Source: Candidatus Poribacteria bacterium (GTDB taxonomy: Bacteria; Poribacteria; WGA-4E; WGA-3G). From it: DNA of 64,000 nt. The DNA lies in NCBI GenBank assembly GCA_965198235.1, contig OZ240248.1, forward strand, positions 3,968,001 to 4,032,000, read 5' to 3'. The notes under the pieces were generated by a model, which was given only the letters and a program-made list of their open reading frames with translations, did no database searches and was not told the DNA's origin. Each line of letters opens with the position of its first letter. Positions within the stretch are counted from its first letter, which is position 1. The position numbers and the translations under genes were made by a program. Below, in pieces: positions 28,042 to 37,922 of the stretch.

Positions 28042-29133
28042 ATGCAATTATCCGCACAGATTTCACAATTTCACGGTGTAGGTATACCATTTGAGGTCCG
28101 CGAGATGCCTGTGGCTGCCACCCCAGATGCCATTCTGGTCCGCGTTTCACTCGCAACGATCTGTGGCTCCGACCTTCATACGGTATCAGGTCGCCGCGGC
28201 GCAGAGATTCCATGTGTGCTTGGACATGAAGTCGTTGGTACTGTTACGGCACCGACACCTCTTCGTTCAGCAACAGGAAAAATGCTGCGTGAAGGTGATC
28301 GAATTACGTGGAGTCTCACGACTTCCTGTGGAACATGTGACTATTGTGTGAATCGGAACCTCCCACAGAAATGCGAGACGATGTTCAAATACGGTCACGC
28401 GCGAAGTGAAGGTGCCGACGCTTTTTCAGGTGGGTTCGCTACACATATCCTATTACGTCCAGGGACAACCGTCTACCACATCCCTGACGGTATGACAGAC
28501 CAGGAGGCTGTCCCTATCAACTGCGCGCTTACAACCGTAGTAAATGGCTTGACGAACATCGGCACGTATCCCGGTGAGACGGCTGTCGTCCACGGTGCCG
28601 GCATGTTAGGCATCTATGCGGCGTGCTATTTGCGTGAACAAGGATATGAGCGCATCGTCGTTGTGGATACCAATGAAAGTCGATTGAAGGTTGCCAAACG
28701 CTTCGGCGCAACGCATACTTTCAACCCAGATAAGACATCTGTTGTGGAGATTGACGCAGCATTAAAAGAACTGACGGACGGACGGGGTGCCGACCTCGGT
28801 GTAGAAGTCAGCGGTGCGACGATTGGAATCCCTAATCTGATTACATGGTTAGCAATTGGCGGGAGATGTCTGACGCTCGGTTACGTCTATCCAAACGCCC
28901 ATATCTCTGTCGATGCCCACCAACTCGTCACAAAATGTGTGACGCTGCGAGGTGTTCATAACTATCATCATATCGCTCTTGGCGATGCCATTCGCTTCGT
29001 TAAGGAAAACCGGAGCCGTTACCCATTTGCGGAGCTTATCGGAGAAACATATCAATTAACGGAAATTAACACCGCATTTGAACATGCACTACGTCAGGAG
29101 GCACTTCGCGTCGCTATTTCGCCAACTTTATAG
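28042..29133 (+). CDS. Zinc-binding alcohol dehydrogenase family
   Basis: ICGSDLH, GHE, CGTCDYC..C, GAGMLG. Confidence 0.92.
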   Translation: MQLSAQISQFHGVGIPFEVREMPVAATPDAILVRVSLATICGSDLHTVSGRRGAEIPCVLGHEVVGTVTAPTPLRSATGKMLREGDRITWSLTTSCGTCDYCVNRNLPQKCETMFKYGHARSEGADAFSGGFATHILLRPGTTVYHIPDGMTDQEAVPINCALTTVVNGLTNIGTYPGETAVVHGAGMLGIYAACYLREQGYERIVVVDTNESRLKVAKRFGATHTFNPDKTSVVEIDAALKELTDGRGADLGVEVSGATIGIPNLITWLAIGGRCLTLGYVYPNAHISVDAHQLVTKCVTLRGVHNYHHIALGDAIRFVKENRSRYPFAELIGETYQLTEINTAFEHALRQEALRVAISPTL

Positions 29134-29173
29134 TGGTCAGCCGTCAGTAAGGATAGCAATCAGGAGCTCGCTC

Positions 29174-31660
29174 CTACAGACGTTCATCAATCCAGCATCT
29201 TGTTCCATCAGTGCGGAGGGTAATTGCGCCTGCTTCGTCGGTTCGCAACATCGGACATCCACGTGCACGATACCGCGCAATCACATCCGCATGTGGAAAT
29301 TGATAGCGATTTCTTTGACCGAGTGAGAAGATCGCATAAAGTGGTTGAACTGCATCTAAAAACTGAGCACTGCTCGATGTGCGACTTCCATGATGCGGCA
29401 CTTTTAGAATTTCTGAACGGAGATCTTGCCCAGACGCGATGAGTCGAAATTCGGCACTCTTGCCGATGTCGCCGGTGAACAGGATGTCTACCTCACCATA
29501 GGTAATCTTCATCACAAGTGAATCGTCGTTCTTATCCTTATCCAGTAGGTTCGTGGAACTGGCATCGATTGGATGCAAGAGATTGAGGGTGGCAGTCGAT
29601 GTGAATTCAATCTTTCCGGCGTATGGAAACGAATACGGGATGTTACGTGCTTTGACAATAGCATGTAATCGTCGATGGGTTTGAGAATCGAGCGGCATAT
29701 CCGATATACCCACTACTTGTCCTACTTTAAAGTTCTGTAAAATATATGCAAGTCCGCCACCGTGGTCAAGGTCTGGGTGCGTCAGGACTACCATATCAAG
29801 TTCCCGAATGCCGTGGAAGTCAAGGTAGGGTTCAATAATCCGTTCGCCTACATCATATTCAACTCGCCTCCGTTTCTGTTTGTCGTAATAACTCCGTTGG
29901 ATGCCACCATCAATCAGTATCGTTCGGTTATCTGGAAATCTGACGATCGCAGCATCTCCCTGACCGACATCAAGCGTAATTACTTCCAACAATCTTCCCT
30001 TCTCGTGGATTGCGGTATCCCAGACCCAGATCACTACAACGGACAGTCCGATGAGGCTTGCGACTTTCCATTGACGATAGACTGCCCGCCAATGTGTAAT
30101 ACCTAAACAGAAGGCGATGTAGAGGACGAACAGACCGAACGTTGGCGGCGTTAACTTGACGACTCCCCATATCTGCCCGAACATGCCGATCAGGATCAGG
30201 AAGATGGAGATAATCGCGTGGTTGAGAACTCCGAGCAACTTCGCGAACGGGAGCCAAATAAAACCGATGCCTACGGATGCCATGCCCACCGCAACGATGA
30301 GCGATACGAGTCCGACTGCGAACGGACCGACGATGATGCCGAGCGGATATGCCCGGAAGAAGTGGTAGCCTATAAGGGGTCCCGTTCCGATTTGCGCCGC
30401 GAACGTCACGAGATAGGAAAGTACCACCCATTTAATTGAGGCGTTCCGAAATTTTCTCAGGACTGAACCTTCGCTTTCCGACGGTGAACCCTCCGCGCTC
30501 TCCCACAGCCGGCGCAACGGCTTCTCCATTTTCGGGACGAAATAGACAATTGAAGCGACGGCGACAAAAGACAACTGAAATCCAATATCCCAAACTTGCA
30601 GTGGGTTCAAAAGGAGCAACACCAACGCCGCAAACGCTAACAGATTGAAGAGATCCGCATCCCGATCAATGAGGGTCGCAAAGAGAAACAGGATTGCCAT
30701 CAGTGAGGCACGAAAGACGGAGGGGCGGAAACCGATGAGGCAGGCGTAAATCAGCACTGCTATAATCGTCAAGAGACAAAGGATCTTCTGCGGGAACCTG
30801 AAGAGCGAGAAACCGAAATAGCAAAACATTGCGACAAGCCCGACGTGCAGACCGGAGACGGCAAGCACATGGAAGGTTCCACTGTTTCGGAAGAGATCCA
30901 ACGTTTCTGTTGGCACATCGTTTCGTTTACCGAGTAAGATACCTTTGAGGAGTTGGGCATGCAACGAGGGTTCAGGAAGCGGCGTTTCGACTTCAGTCTC
31001 CGTATAGATAACGTCAATCAGACGTTCGGTCCGGAGACGGAGTGTCTCTATCCACCGTAAAGGCGGTAATCCACCCTGTTCACCGATTCGCACAAATCCC
31101 TTCGTATCAATTATCCCGACGATCCCTTGCCGAGCAAGGTAGGCTCGGTAATCGAAACCACCGGGATTGCGCTTGGCTTGTGGTTGATGCAGGACACCGG
31201 TCAGCGTTAGATGTTTACCGTAGCGGAGCGGTAGCAATTCTTGAAATCTGATGAGAAATTTCGCCGATACCCGTTGTGCTGAATCTGACAATAACTGGAG
31301 TTCACCGACGGCATAACAGGCATCCCACTCCTCCCCGCGTTCGGGTTGATATACAGTGGTGCCTGAGAAGCTAATCGGCTCGTTGTAAAAGTGGGTTGGA
31401 ATTGGGGAATGGGAAACGGTTTCTAATCGTAGCATGCCGCCAACGAAGATAGATAGATGGAGCAGCGCGTAACAGAGGAACCGCTGACGATTTCTTGTGA
31501 CGATGCTACCGATGAGACAAAGTAGCACAAATATCCAGAGCCACAGAAAAGGAATAGATGTCCATCTGCCTGCGATGATGCCCAATAGATATGGGATAAG
31601 AAAGAAGAGTGCGGGACGCGGTTTGATTTTCATCTGAATTTTATGCAGGGTTTCCCTCAA
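29174..31660 (-). CDS. comEC: DNA internalization competence protein ComEC/Rec2
   Basis: NPGGFDY, HVLAVSGLHVG, GFQLSF, LDVGQGD, THPDLDHGGG, HHGSRTSS. Start may be 31633. Confidence 0.95.
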   Translation of the reverse strand: MRETLHKIQMKIKPRPALFFLIPYLLGIIAGRWTSIPFLWLWIFVLLCLIGSIVTRNRQRFLCYALLHLSIFVGGMLRLETVSHSPIPTHFYNEPISFSGTTVYQPERGEEWDACYAVGELQLLSDSAQRVSAKFLIRFQELLPLRYGKHLTLTGVLHQPQAKRNPGGFDYRAYLARQGIVGIIDTKGFVRIGEQGGLPPLRWIETLRLRTERLIDVIYTETEVETPLPEPSLHAQLLKGILLGKRNDVPTETLDLFRNSGTFHVLAVSGLHVGLVAMFCYFGFSLFRFPQKILCLLTIIAVLIYACLIGFRPSVFRASLMAILFLFATLIDRDADLFNLLAFAALVLLLLNPLQVWDIGFQLSFVAVASIVYFVPKMEKPLRRLWESAEGSPSESEGSVLRKFRNASIKWVVLSYLVTFAAQIGTGPLIGYHFFRAYPLGIIVGPFAVGLVSLIVAVGMASVGIGFIWLPFAKLLGVLNHAIISIFLILIGMFGQIWGVVKLTPPTFGLFVLYIAFCLGITHWRAVYRQWKVASLIGLSVVVIWVWDTAIHEKGRLLEVITLDVGQGDAAIVRFPDNRTILIDGGIQRSYYDKQKRRRVEYDVGERIIEPYLDFHGIRELDMVVLTHPDLDHGGGLAYILQNFKVGQVVGISDMPLDSQTHRRLHAIVKARNIPYSFPYAGKIEFTSTATLNLLHPIDASSTNLLDKDKNDDSLVMKITYGEVDILFTGDIGKSAEFRLIASGQDLRSEILKVPHHGSRTSSSAQFLDAVQPLYAIFSLGQRNRYQFPHADVIARYRARGCPMLRTDEAGAITLRTDGTRCWIDERL

Positions 31661-31757
31661 TGTTCCGCTATTATACCAGTATCTCCGAAAATATTCCGCT
31701 TTTTTTGTCAGAATCAGGATTCACAGGATTATGAGTCGGGATTCGGAGATCCCTCCT

Positions 31758-32001
31758 CAGGGCTATTTAGTTTTCCATTTTTTAGGACATTTTCGGGGCC
31801 ACGGACCCGGTAGGAGCGGTGTTTTTGCTTGGGGTGTTTTTGATAGGGTATTTCTGCGTATTGCTTGGGGTTTTTGATAGGGTGTTTCTGTGGATTTCTG
31901 CGGATTTCTGCGGATTTCCTCTAAGTAACCGCTCCGGGCATGGAAAAAGAGGTGTTCAAACGCCAAACAATCCGATAATTTCTTAAAACTGAATGACCCT
32001 G
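31758..32001. mobile_element. MITE (CAGGGxxATTxAGTTTT TIRs) inserted in a REP, carrying a second REP with a tandem micro-repeat insertion
   Basis: TIRs at 31758-31774 and 31985-32001. The element splits GGGATTCGGAGATCCCTCCT|AC. Confidence 0.7.
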
Positions 32002-32020
32002 ACCTCTCTTACCGTTATGT

Positions 32021-32049
32021 TTGACGTATCCCCGAATTTGTGATACAAT
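32021..32049 (+). promoter_or_regulatory. sigma70 promoter TTGACG-17-TACAAT (extended -10)
   Basis: About 30 nt upstream of 32081. Confidence 0.65.
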
Positions 32050-32080
32050 TCCTTTTTACATCACTCCATAGGGAACGTAA

Positions 32081-33409
32081 ATGCCAAAAAACAGTATTCT
32101 CTCGCAAATGCCGATAGATCTCGGTGATAACTTAAAACTTCGATTCGCCACACCTGCCGACACGGATGTCCTCGCTGAATTCAACACCCGTCTTCATGAA
32201 GAAATGAGTGTGGGTCCAGGGGTCCGAGACTTGATGTTGGGAGATCACCCTACCTGCAAGGCAAGCGATTTTACTGTTGTTGAAGACACCAACACCGGGA
32301 AAATTGTATCATCTCTTTGTCTTATTTCGCAGACATGGACGTATAGCGGTATCCCGTTCAAGTTCGGGCAACCCGAATTCGTGGCGACTGAACCTGAATA
32401 CCGCAGGAGAGGCTTAGTCCGAAAGCAGTTCGAGGTGATTCACGCATTGAGCGAGGCACGCGGCGAATTGATGCAAGGCATCACAGGTATCCCATGGTAT
32501 TACCGACTGTTCGGATATGAGATGGCACTCGATATGGAAGCAGAACAGGTCATTGATGGGATACACATCCCGACGCTGAAAAAAGGGGAGACCGAGACAT
32601 GTCGGCTCCGACCACGAACGGATGCAGATAACACTTTCATCCAAGACCTTTACGCAAACGCGATCCAATCTCATGTCTTTGCCTGCCCGCGCACGCCGGC
32701 ACTCTGGGAATACGAGTTCAATGGACGCTCAGCGGGGAGCGAGGCACGACATGAATGGCTACTCATCGAAGGTATGGAAGGGACGCGACTCGGATATGTA
32801 CAATATCTTCAGTGGTGCTACGAGAATTTCCTTGTGATGCGGATGGAACTCAAACCGGGGGTGGGCTGTCTACATCTCATTCCATCACTGCTGCGAGCGT
32901 TGTGGAAAAAGGCAGAGACAACACCGGTTGTCGCCGAGAATGACAACCCAAAAGCAACAGGTGTGCAGTTCATGTTGGGGCGCGAGCATCCTGTCTATCA
33001 AGCATTACCTAAAGGTATCGTCCGTAAGGACCAGCCGTATGCGTGGTATATCCGGGTGCCAGATTTGATAGTGTTTCTACGGCATATCCAACCCGCACTC
33101 GAAAAACATCTCGTCGGAACTATTGCGGAGGGTTACACCGGTGAACTCAAACTCAACTTCTATCGAAGTGGAATCCACTTTACATTTGAACGCGGGCGCA
33201 TGACAAAACTTACTGATTGGACACCGGAAGACGTTGAGAACGGAGATGCGGCATTCCCTGACTTAACTTTCTTGCAGCTGCTGTGCGGACGTTGTCGAAC
33301 AGAAGAGCTAACATCAAGTTTCGTTGATTGCTGGACGAATGGCACTACCGCTGCGGTACTCCTTGATTGCCTGTTCCCACCGTTTACAAGCGAGGTCTGG
33401 CATCTCTAA
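32081..33409 (+). CDS. GNAT family N-acetyltransferase (Eis-like)
   Basis: VATEPEYRRRGLV, GIPWYYRLFGY. Confidence 0.85.
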   Translation: MPKNSILSQMPIDLGDNLKLRFATPADTDVLAEFNTRLHEEMSVGPGVRDLMLGDHPTCKASDFTVVEDTNTGKIVSSLCLISQTWTYSGIPFKFGQPEFVATEPEYRRRGLVRKQFEVIHALSEARGELMQGITGIPWYYRLFGYEMALDMEAEQVIDGIHIPTLKKGETETCRLRPRTDADNTFIQDLYANAIQSHVFACPRTPALWEYEFNGRSAGSEARHEWLLIEGMEGTRLGYVQYLQWCYENFLVMRMELKPGVGCLHLIPSLLRALWKKAETTPVVAENDNPKATGVQFMLGREHPVYQALPKGIVRKDQPYAWYIRVPDLIVFLRHIQPALEKHLVGTIAEGYTGELKLNFYRSGIHFTFERGRMTKLTDWTPEDVENGDAAFPDLTFLQLLCGRCRTEELTSSFVDCWTNGTTAAVLLDCLFPPFTSEVWHL

Positions 33410-33567
33410 TTGGCGGTCAGCCGTCAGCCATTCTTTCCAATACCCGATCGCGACTCCAACAAAAACACTTTGTGGCATCAATTTTCAGCGTAGGGTGTGC
33501 TAAACCCGCATGATTGACACGAGACACTCTTACTGATCGCTGACGGTTTCCAATAGCCAATATAACA

Positions 33568-34137
33568 ATGGTTACCCAATCGCATGTCGTCCTCAACATA
33601 GCACTCCTCTCAAAGCGAGACAAACCTTTTCTTCACTTCTATGCCTTCATCGGTGCTGTCCTTCCTGACCTACCGATGTTCGTCTTCTTCGCAGTCGAAA
33701 CTTTTATCCGTCAGACACCACAACGCGAACTCTGGGGTTCACGTTATTTTATGGAGGCATGGCAAACTTTCTTTGACCTCTTCAACGCGATTCCGCTGAT
33801 TCTGATCGTTCTGGGGATTGGATATTACCTACTGAACTCCGAGAAAACCGTCGTTTTTGCGTGGAGCATGCTCCTCCATTGCGGCTTCGATTTGTTGACG
33901 CATCACGACGATGGACATCATCACTTCTTTCCGATCTCCGATTTTGTTTTTGAAAGCCCGATTTCTTATTGGGACAGGGATCACTATGGCGGCATCGTTG
34001 CACCGATAGAGCGATTGGTTATGCTCGCTGCTTCCGTTTATCTGTTTCCGAGGTTGAAAACCCGACTTGCGCGTGGTGCTTTGGTGGTAGTGAATGTCCT
34101 GTTCTTGGGTTCCTATCTCCTTTTTCTTTTTCGATAA
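33568..34137 (+). CDS. Membrane-bound metal-dependent hydrolase-like protein
   Basis: GAVLPDLP, LLHCGFDLLTHHDDGHHHFFP, ISYWD. Confidence 0.7.
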   Translation: MVTQSHVVLNIALLSKRDKPFLHFYAFIGAVLPDLPMFVFFAVETFIRQTPQRELWGSRYFMEAWQTFFDLFNAIPLILIVLGIGYYLLNSEKTVVFAWSMLLHCGFDLLTHHDDGHHHFFPISDFVFESPISYWDRDHYGGIVAPIERLVMLAASVYLFPRLKTRLARGALVVVNVLFLGSYLLFLFR

Positions 34138-34184
34138 GAGATTAAATAACAGGAGAAGTTAGGAAGTTTGCAGGCAGGGAAGTT

Positions 34185-34282
34185 ATCTCGATTCCATACT
34201 GGTTCGATTAAAAGTGAAAATCTGCAAGTCTTACAGTTATCAAGAACTCTGCGTTTCAATTCCAAATTGGTTCGATTAGAAG
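34185..34282 (-). CRISPR. Orphan single-spacer CRISPR-like mini-array (two 30-bp repeats, 38-bp spacer)
   Basis: Minus strand: CTTCTAATCGAACCAATTTGGAATTGAAAC (34282-34253), then spacer GCAGAGTTCTTGATAACTGTAAGACTTGCAGATTTTCA, then CTTTTAATCGAACCAGTATGGAATCGAGAT (34214-34185). The ATTGAAAC 3' end is typical of type I-B/III repeats. Confidence 0.75.
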
Positions 34283-34304
34283 GCTTCTCGAAAACCTTGA
34301 ATTT

Positions 34305-34334
34305 ATTATACACGATCCTCACGGGATGTGTCAA
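34305..34334 (-). promoter_or_regulatory. sigma70 promoter TTGACA-18-TATAAT pointing into the mini-array
   Basis: Both consensus hexamers; the -10 box ends 22 nt before the first repeat. Confidence 0.7.
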
Positions 34335-34371
34335 GTCACTTTTTAGACGCGTAAGATCATTTAATTCACCC

Positions 34372-34476
34372 GTAGGAGGGAACTCCGATTCCCGACTCTG
34401 ACCGCTGACTGCTGATGGCTGATAGCCTCTTTGTAGGAGGGGGAAACACCCAAGCAAAAACACTCCGATTCCCGAC
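34372..34476. repeat. Two GTAGGAGGG..CTCCGATTCCCGAC REP copies, the second carrying a 20-nt insertion
   Basis: Empty copy at 34372-34396; filled copy at 34433-34476 with GGAAACACCCAAGCAAAAAC. Confidence 0.75.
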
Positions 34477-34496
34477 CCCCTACTTCTACAATCCCA

Positions 34497-34661
34497 CAAA
34501 TCCTTATCAAGAAGGACACGGACAGCGGCATCATCAACGACCCAAACGGTTGGTTCAAGAACCCCCGCGACCTCATCACAGCAATAGAGCGCATCGTCCA
34601 CGTCAGCGTCGAATCCACCAAAATCATTGAGGCGTTGCCTTCGGAGATAATTTCGGACTAA
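34497..34661 (+). pseudogene. C-terminal remnant of a type ISP restriction-modification enzyme
   Basis: Translates to QILIKKDTDSGIINDPNGWFKNPRDLITAIERIVHVSVESTKIIEALPSEIISD*. SGIxNDPN..VSxE..I..LP is the LlaGI/LlaBIII-type C-terminus. No start codon. Confidence 0.7.
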
Positions 34662-34766
34662 GGAAGTCCCGGGACGCGTTTGTGTTGGGAGCGCGTCGCG
34701 GCATCTCTATTTCCAACAATCTTAACATTTACATTGGCGAGGTTAGATACCTCGCCAGCAGATAGC

Positions 34767-35273
34767 TTAGATACCCATCCGAAGAGCGACCGCGGCGAGT
34801 AGGATGAGCAGCGACACAACCCCCATCAGGCTCGATACTATTGACATCTGGGAACGGAGTGACTTCACCTCCGGCGGGAGTTCCTCAAGCGTGGGATCTA
34901 ATGTCTCAATCGCTGCTGCGAGTCGCGGTGCGAAAATCATACTGTGCAACGCCGTGAGGATAACCAGCACGAAAAAAAGCACAATTTTGATCAGGAGCGT
35001 CCGCATAAAAGCGTTGGAAATCGCGGTGGCAGAAGTGAGATCCACTGCAAAGAAGATGTTGACGATACCCGTGAAAAATAGTATACCGATACACCCCCAT
35101 ACGATAGGCTCAAAGCGTTTCCCTATTTGCATCAAGAGTTGGATACGCTGGATAGGTGGCAGGCTTTGTCTGAAATGAGGGACAATCACCATCGCTAAAA
35201 TCAGGTTGCCGCCGACCCATATAACAGCAGCAATAACGTGTAGCCAAAGCGTGAAGAGTGAGAATATATCCAT
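34767..35273 (-). CDS. CopD/DUF4149-like four-helix membrane protein
   Basis: WLHVIAAVIWVGG, TGIVN, LLIKIVL..LH. Confidence 0.75.
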   Translation of the reverse strand: MDIFSLFTLWLHVIAAVIWVGGNLILAMVIVPHFRQSLPPIQRIQLLMQIGKRFEPIVWGCIGILFFTGIVNIFFAVDLTSATAISNAFMRTLLIKIVLFFVLVILTALHSMIFAPRLAAAIETLDPTLEELPPEVKSLRSQMSIVSSLMGVVSLLILLAAVALRMGI

Positions 35274-35379
35274 TTTTTATGACTCCTTTTAATAGTTGTC
35301 AGTTTGGAGTGTTGGGCTTTGCTGAGCTCAACCCAACCTACGTGTTAAATTGACACCTACAGTGAGGGTGGAACCACAC

Positions 35380-37185
35380 CTACTCGTCGTGAGTGTTCTG
35401 AAGTTTTTCAATGTCGTTGATAACCCGGTCAGCGCGGGCGATCAATGCGTCTCGTTCGTCCGTAGACAGTAGCACAGGCGCGAATCGGTGGTAATCACAC
35501 TTCGTGAGAAGGTCAACAAGCTCGTCAAGAATAGGTTCCGAGATTCCGGCGTGCGTGCATATCTCGCGTGCTGTGTCGATATTCCGCTGTGACAAGTCGA
35601 ATGTCCCCTCAAGATGCTGATAGAGCGTATGTGCGAGTGCGTTCGCGAATGTCGTCGCAGTTTCTGTGGTCCCACTATTTGCGAGTGCTGCAAGTGCCTC
35701 ACGTGCTTGTGAAGCCGGTGTCACCGGTTCTGCCTCGGTATCCTGTGTTTTTCGCTTTCTGAGTCCACTCCCTTCGGGTATACCTGTTCCGGTCTCGGCA
35801 TTTGGTGCCCTTCGCGTAGGTATCACAAACCCGGTGCGGTACCAGAGATACCCTCCTATTCCCAATGCCGCCATCAGAATTGCCAACAAAATTAACCAGA
35901 GTAACCACGGTGAACTACCGGTCTCATCTTCAGCGGTGTCGTTGGGATTGGGACGCACAGAGACAGGGATCGGTGCCGTCTGTGTCGTTGCGTAAACCGC
36001 ACGGTTAGGATCGAAGTAGGTGTATTCGATCGCAGGGATGCGGAATGTGCCCGTTCGGGCAGGGGTTAGGGTGTATACGTAAACTCGACCTACTGGTGTC
36101 ACTCCAGACAGATTGGGTCCGCTCACCATGACCCCGGCGATTGTTGGCAGCTTGGGCGGTGTGACCGTCTGGATGTTGCCATGTCCAGAGATACGGACAG
36201 TGAGCGTTAGCGCGTGTCCAACTTCAATCCAACCGCGCTCAATTTCAGCAGAGATTTGATATTCACCGATAGCACCGTTAAAGTGAGGAGGTCTGTCTGT
36301 TTCGGGAATCGGTTGCACCATTAGCGTCAAAGGTTTGGTCTTCAAGGTTTTGTGTCCTTGCAAGAGTGGTAGTAACAGTTCAGCAGGTGCGAGAACGATC
36401 CGTCCGGTTTTCTTCGGATATAACTTATGCGTGTACTCTTCGATCCAAAATGTCCGCCCGCGAATTTGCTGTGTGTATGTCGGAACCTTTTGAAGTTTCT
36501 CAACGAAGAAATCACGGAATGTCGGGAGTCGTGGGGTTGGGGACTCGCGAGTCGGGAGGACTGTAGTGTAGAGGTGTCGGAAGGTATATGTAAATGGTGC
36601 GTTGAGATACGGTTGTGACGTATTGACCCTTGCTTCAACTTGGTGAATAGCGTTAGTTGAGACATCCACATAGGTGTCGGCACCGCTCACTCGAATTGAA
36701 CCCGGATTCGCGAAATACGGCGTACCTTGATAGGCGAAACGGATATCAGATAGAGCGAAGTCACCGATAGTTTGGGGAATTAGTTCATAAGCCCACGCCA
36801 TAGAAACCGCAATCTTGTTTGCTTCTAACCGTGGTGTCGTTTCGGAATGCAGTGGCACCGCAAGGAACGCCGGTAGGAAATTGAACTGCGGTGCTTCAAT
36901 ATGCTTGATGAAGGTCTCCCCTGAAATTGTGAGGTCCAACCTCGCTTTCTCTCCGAATTGGATGTGACGAGGACTTACCACGGCAGCGACATTGATAACT
37001 GGCTGCATGGACTCTCGCTTCACTATTCCTTGAGCGGTAGCGAGAGGTGGAAAAAGGATCAAGAGGAGACACAAGAAAACAGCCGTAGAGATTTGGTTAA
37101 GCAGTTTACCAATCTTTTTCACGACGATATCCACTTTTGCGCTGTTGTTGTAGTAATTTTTGCCGTAGCCTATTTTCATTCTCAC
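35380..37185 (-). CDS. batD: BatD family protein
   Basis: FNGAIGEYQI, ISGHGNIQ, IPAIEYTYFDP, C-terminal CDYHRFAP. The true start is possibly the GTG near 37122. Confidence 0.8.
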   Translation of the reverse strand: MRMKIGYGKNYYNNSAKVDIVVKKIGKLLNQISTAVFLCLLLILFPPLATAQGIVKRESMQPVINVAAVVSPRHIQFGEKARLDLTISGETFIKHIEAPQFNFLPAFLAVPLHSETTPRLEANKIAVSMAWAYELIPQTIGDFALSDIRFAYQGTPYFANPGSIRVSGADTYVDVSTNAIHQVEARVNTSQPYLNAPFTYTFRHLYTTVLPTRESPTPRLPTFRDFFVEKLQKVPTYTQQIRGRTFWIEEYTHKLYPKKTGRIVLAPAELLLPLLQGHKTLKTKPLTLMVQPIPETDRPPHFNGAIGEYQISAEIERGWIEVGHALTLTVRISGHGNIQTVTPPKLPTIAGVMVSGPNLSGVTPVGRVYVYTLTPARTGTFRIPAIEYTYFDPNRAVYATTQTAPIPVSVRPNPNDTAEDETGSSPWLLWLILLAILMAALGIGGYLWYRTGFVIPTRRAPNAETGTGIPEGSGLRKRKTQDTEAEPVTPASQAREALAALANSGTTETATTFANALAHTLYQHLEGTFDLSQRNIDTAREICTHAGISEPILDELVDLLTKCDYHRFAPVLLSTDERDALIARADRVINDIEKLQNTHDE

Positions 37186-37735
37186 TGAAACGTTCTAAGA
37201 GCCGAAGTGCCTCTGCTCTGCCAATGTTGTTCGGCTCGGTTTTCGGTGCAGTGCTTCTATTCGCCTGCTGTTGTGCGAGGTCTTCCTGCTGTTTTAAGAG
37301 TTGAAGTGCCAGTGCGAGGTTATGTTGTGTATCAGCATCTTGAGGGTCCAAGTGGAGCGTTTGCTTGTAAGACGCAATCGCGCCTGTGAGATCACCAACT
37401 TTAAATTGGGCGTTTCCTAAGTTATACAAAATATTGGACCGATTGAGGGTATCTTCAGTTTGTTCGGAGTGCCTTGAGAGTGATGCCTGAAATGTCCGTG
37501 CCGCCTCTCCAAACTTCCCCTGTCTATAGAGCGCAGTTCCCAAGTTATAGTGTGCAACAGGGTTATCAGGTTTGTCAAGCGTTGCCTGTTGAAAAGCGGC
37601 TTGCGCCTCGTCGTAGTTTCCGCGCAAATATGCCTCGTTCCCGTCATTCATGGCGCGGCTCCAACCGCCTATCCATCCGACAAGGGCAACAACGAAAACA
37701 GTCGTAAACGAGCAACAGAGCATCTTGTTCAACAT
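37106..37735 (-). CDS. TPR protein, BatC-like
   Basis: HYNLGTALYRQG, YNLGNAQFK, DTQHNLALA, C-terminal KDW. Confidence 0.8.
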   Translation of the reverse strand: MLNKMLCCSFTTVFVVALVGWIGGWSRAMNDGNEAYLRGNYDEAQAAFQQATLDKPDNPVAHYNLGTALYRQGKFGEAARTFQASLSRHSEQTEDTLNRSNILYNLGNAQFKVGDLTGAIASYKQTLHLDPQDADTQHNLALALQLLKQQEDLAQQQANRSTAPKTEPNNIGRAEALRLLERFSENENRLRQKLLQQQRKSGYRREKDW

Positions 37736-37869
37736 AGTCTTATTATATCAGATGCTTTTGTGGTTTGCAAACAAATGTAATGGGTTATCGGTTATCGGTT
37801 GTCGGTTGTCGGGCATCAAAGAGGTTGCATCTACAAGTTGACTGGCAATGGTGTAGTTAGGAATGAGAG

Positions 37870-37903
37870 AAAAATAAAAAAGGCGCGCTTAGAAAGCGCG
37901 CCT
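37870..37903 (-). terminator. Intrinsic terminator (REP-derived hairpin + U tract)
   Basis: AGGCGCGCTT-loop-AAGCGCGCCT followed by a T-run on the minus strand. Confidence 0.65.
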
Positions 37904-37922
37904 ACAAAAATAGCGACAAGTC

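Noticed and set aside
31763-31966. 67-aa ORF with repetitive sequence
   Set aside because: Lies entirely within the nested repeat element; its translation is an artefact of the micro-repeats.
34113-34630. ORFs 34113-34601, 34168-34401, 34361-34627 and 34415-34630
   Set aside because: They cross the CRISPR-like repeats, REPs and the type ISP remnant, and show no coherent protein signal.
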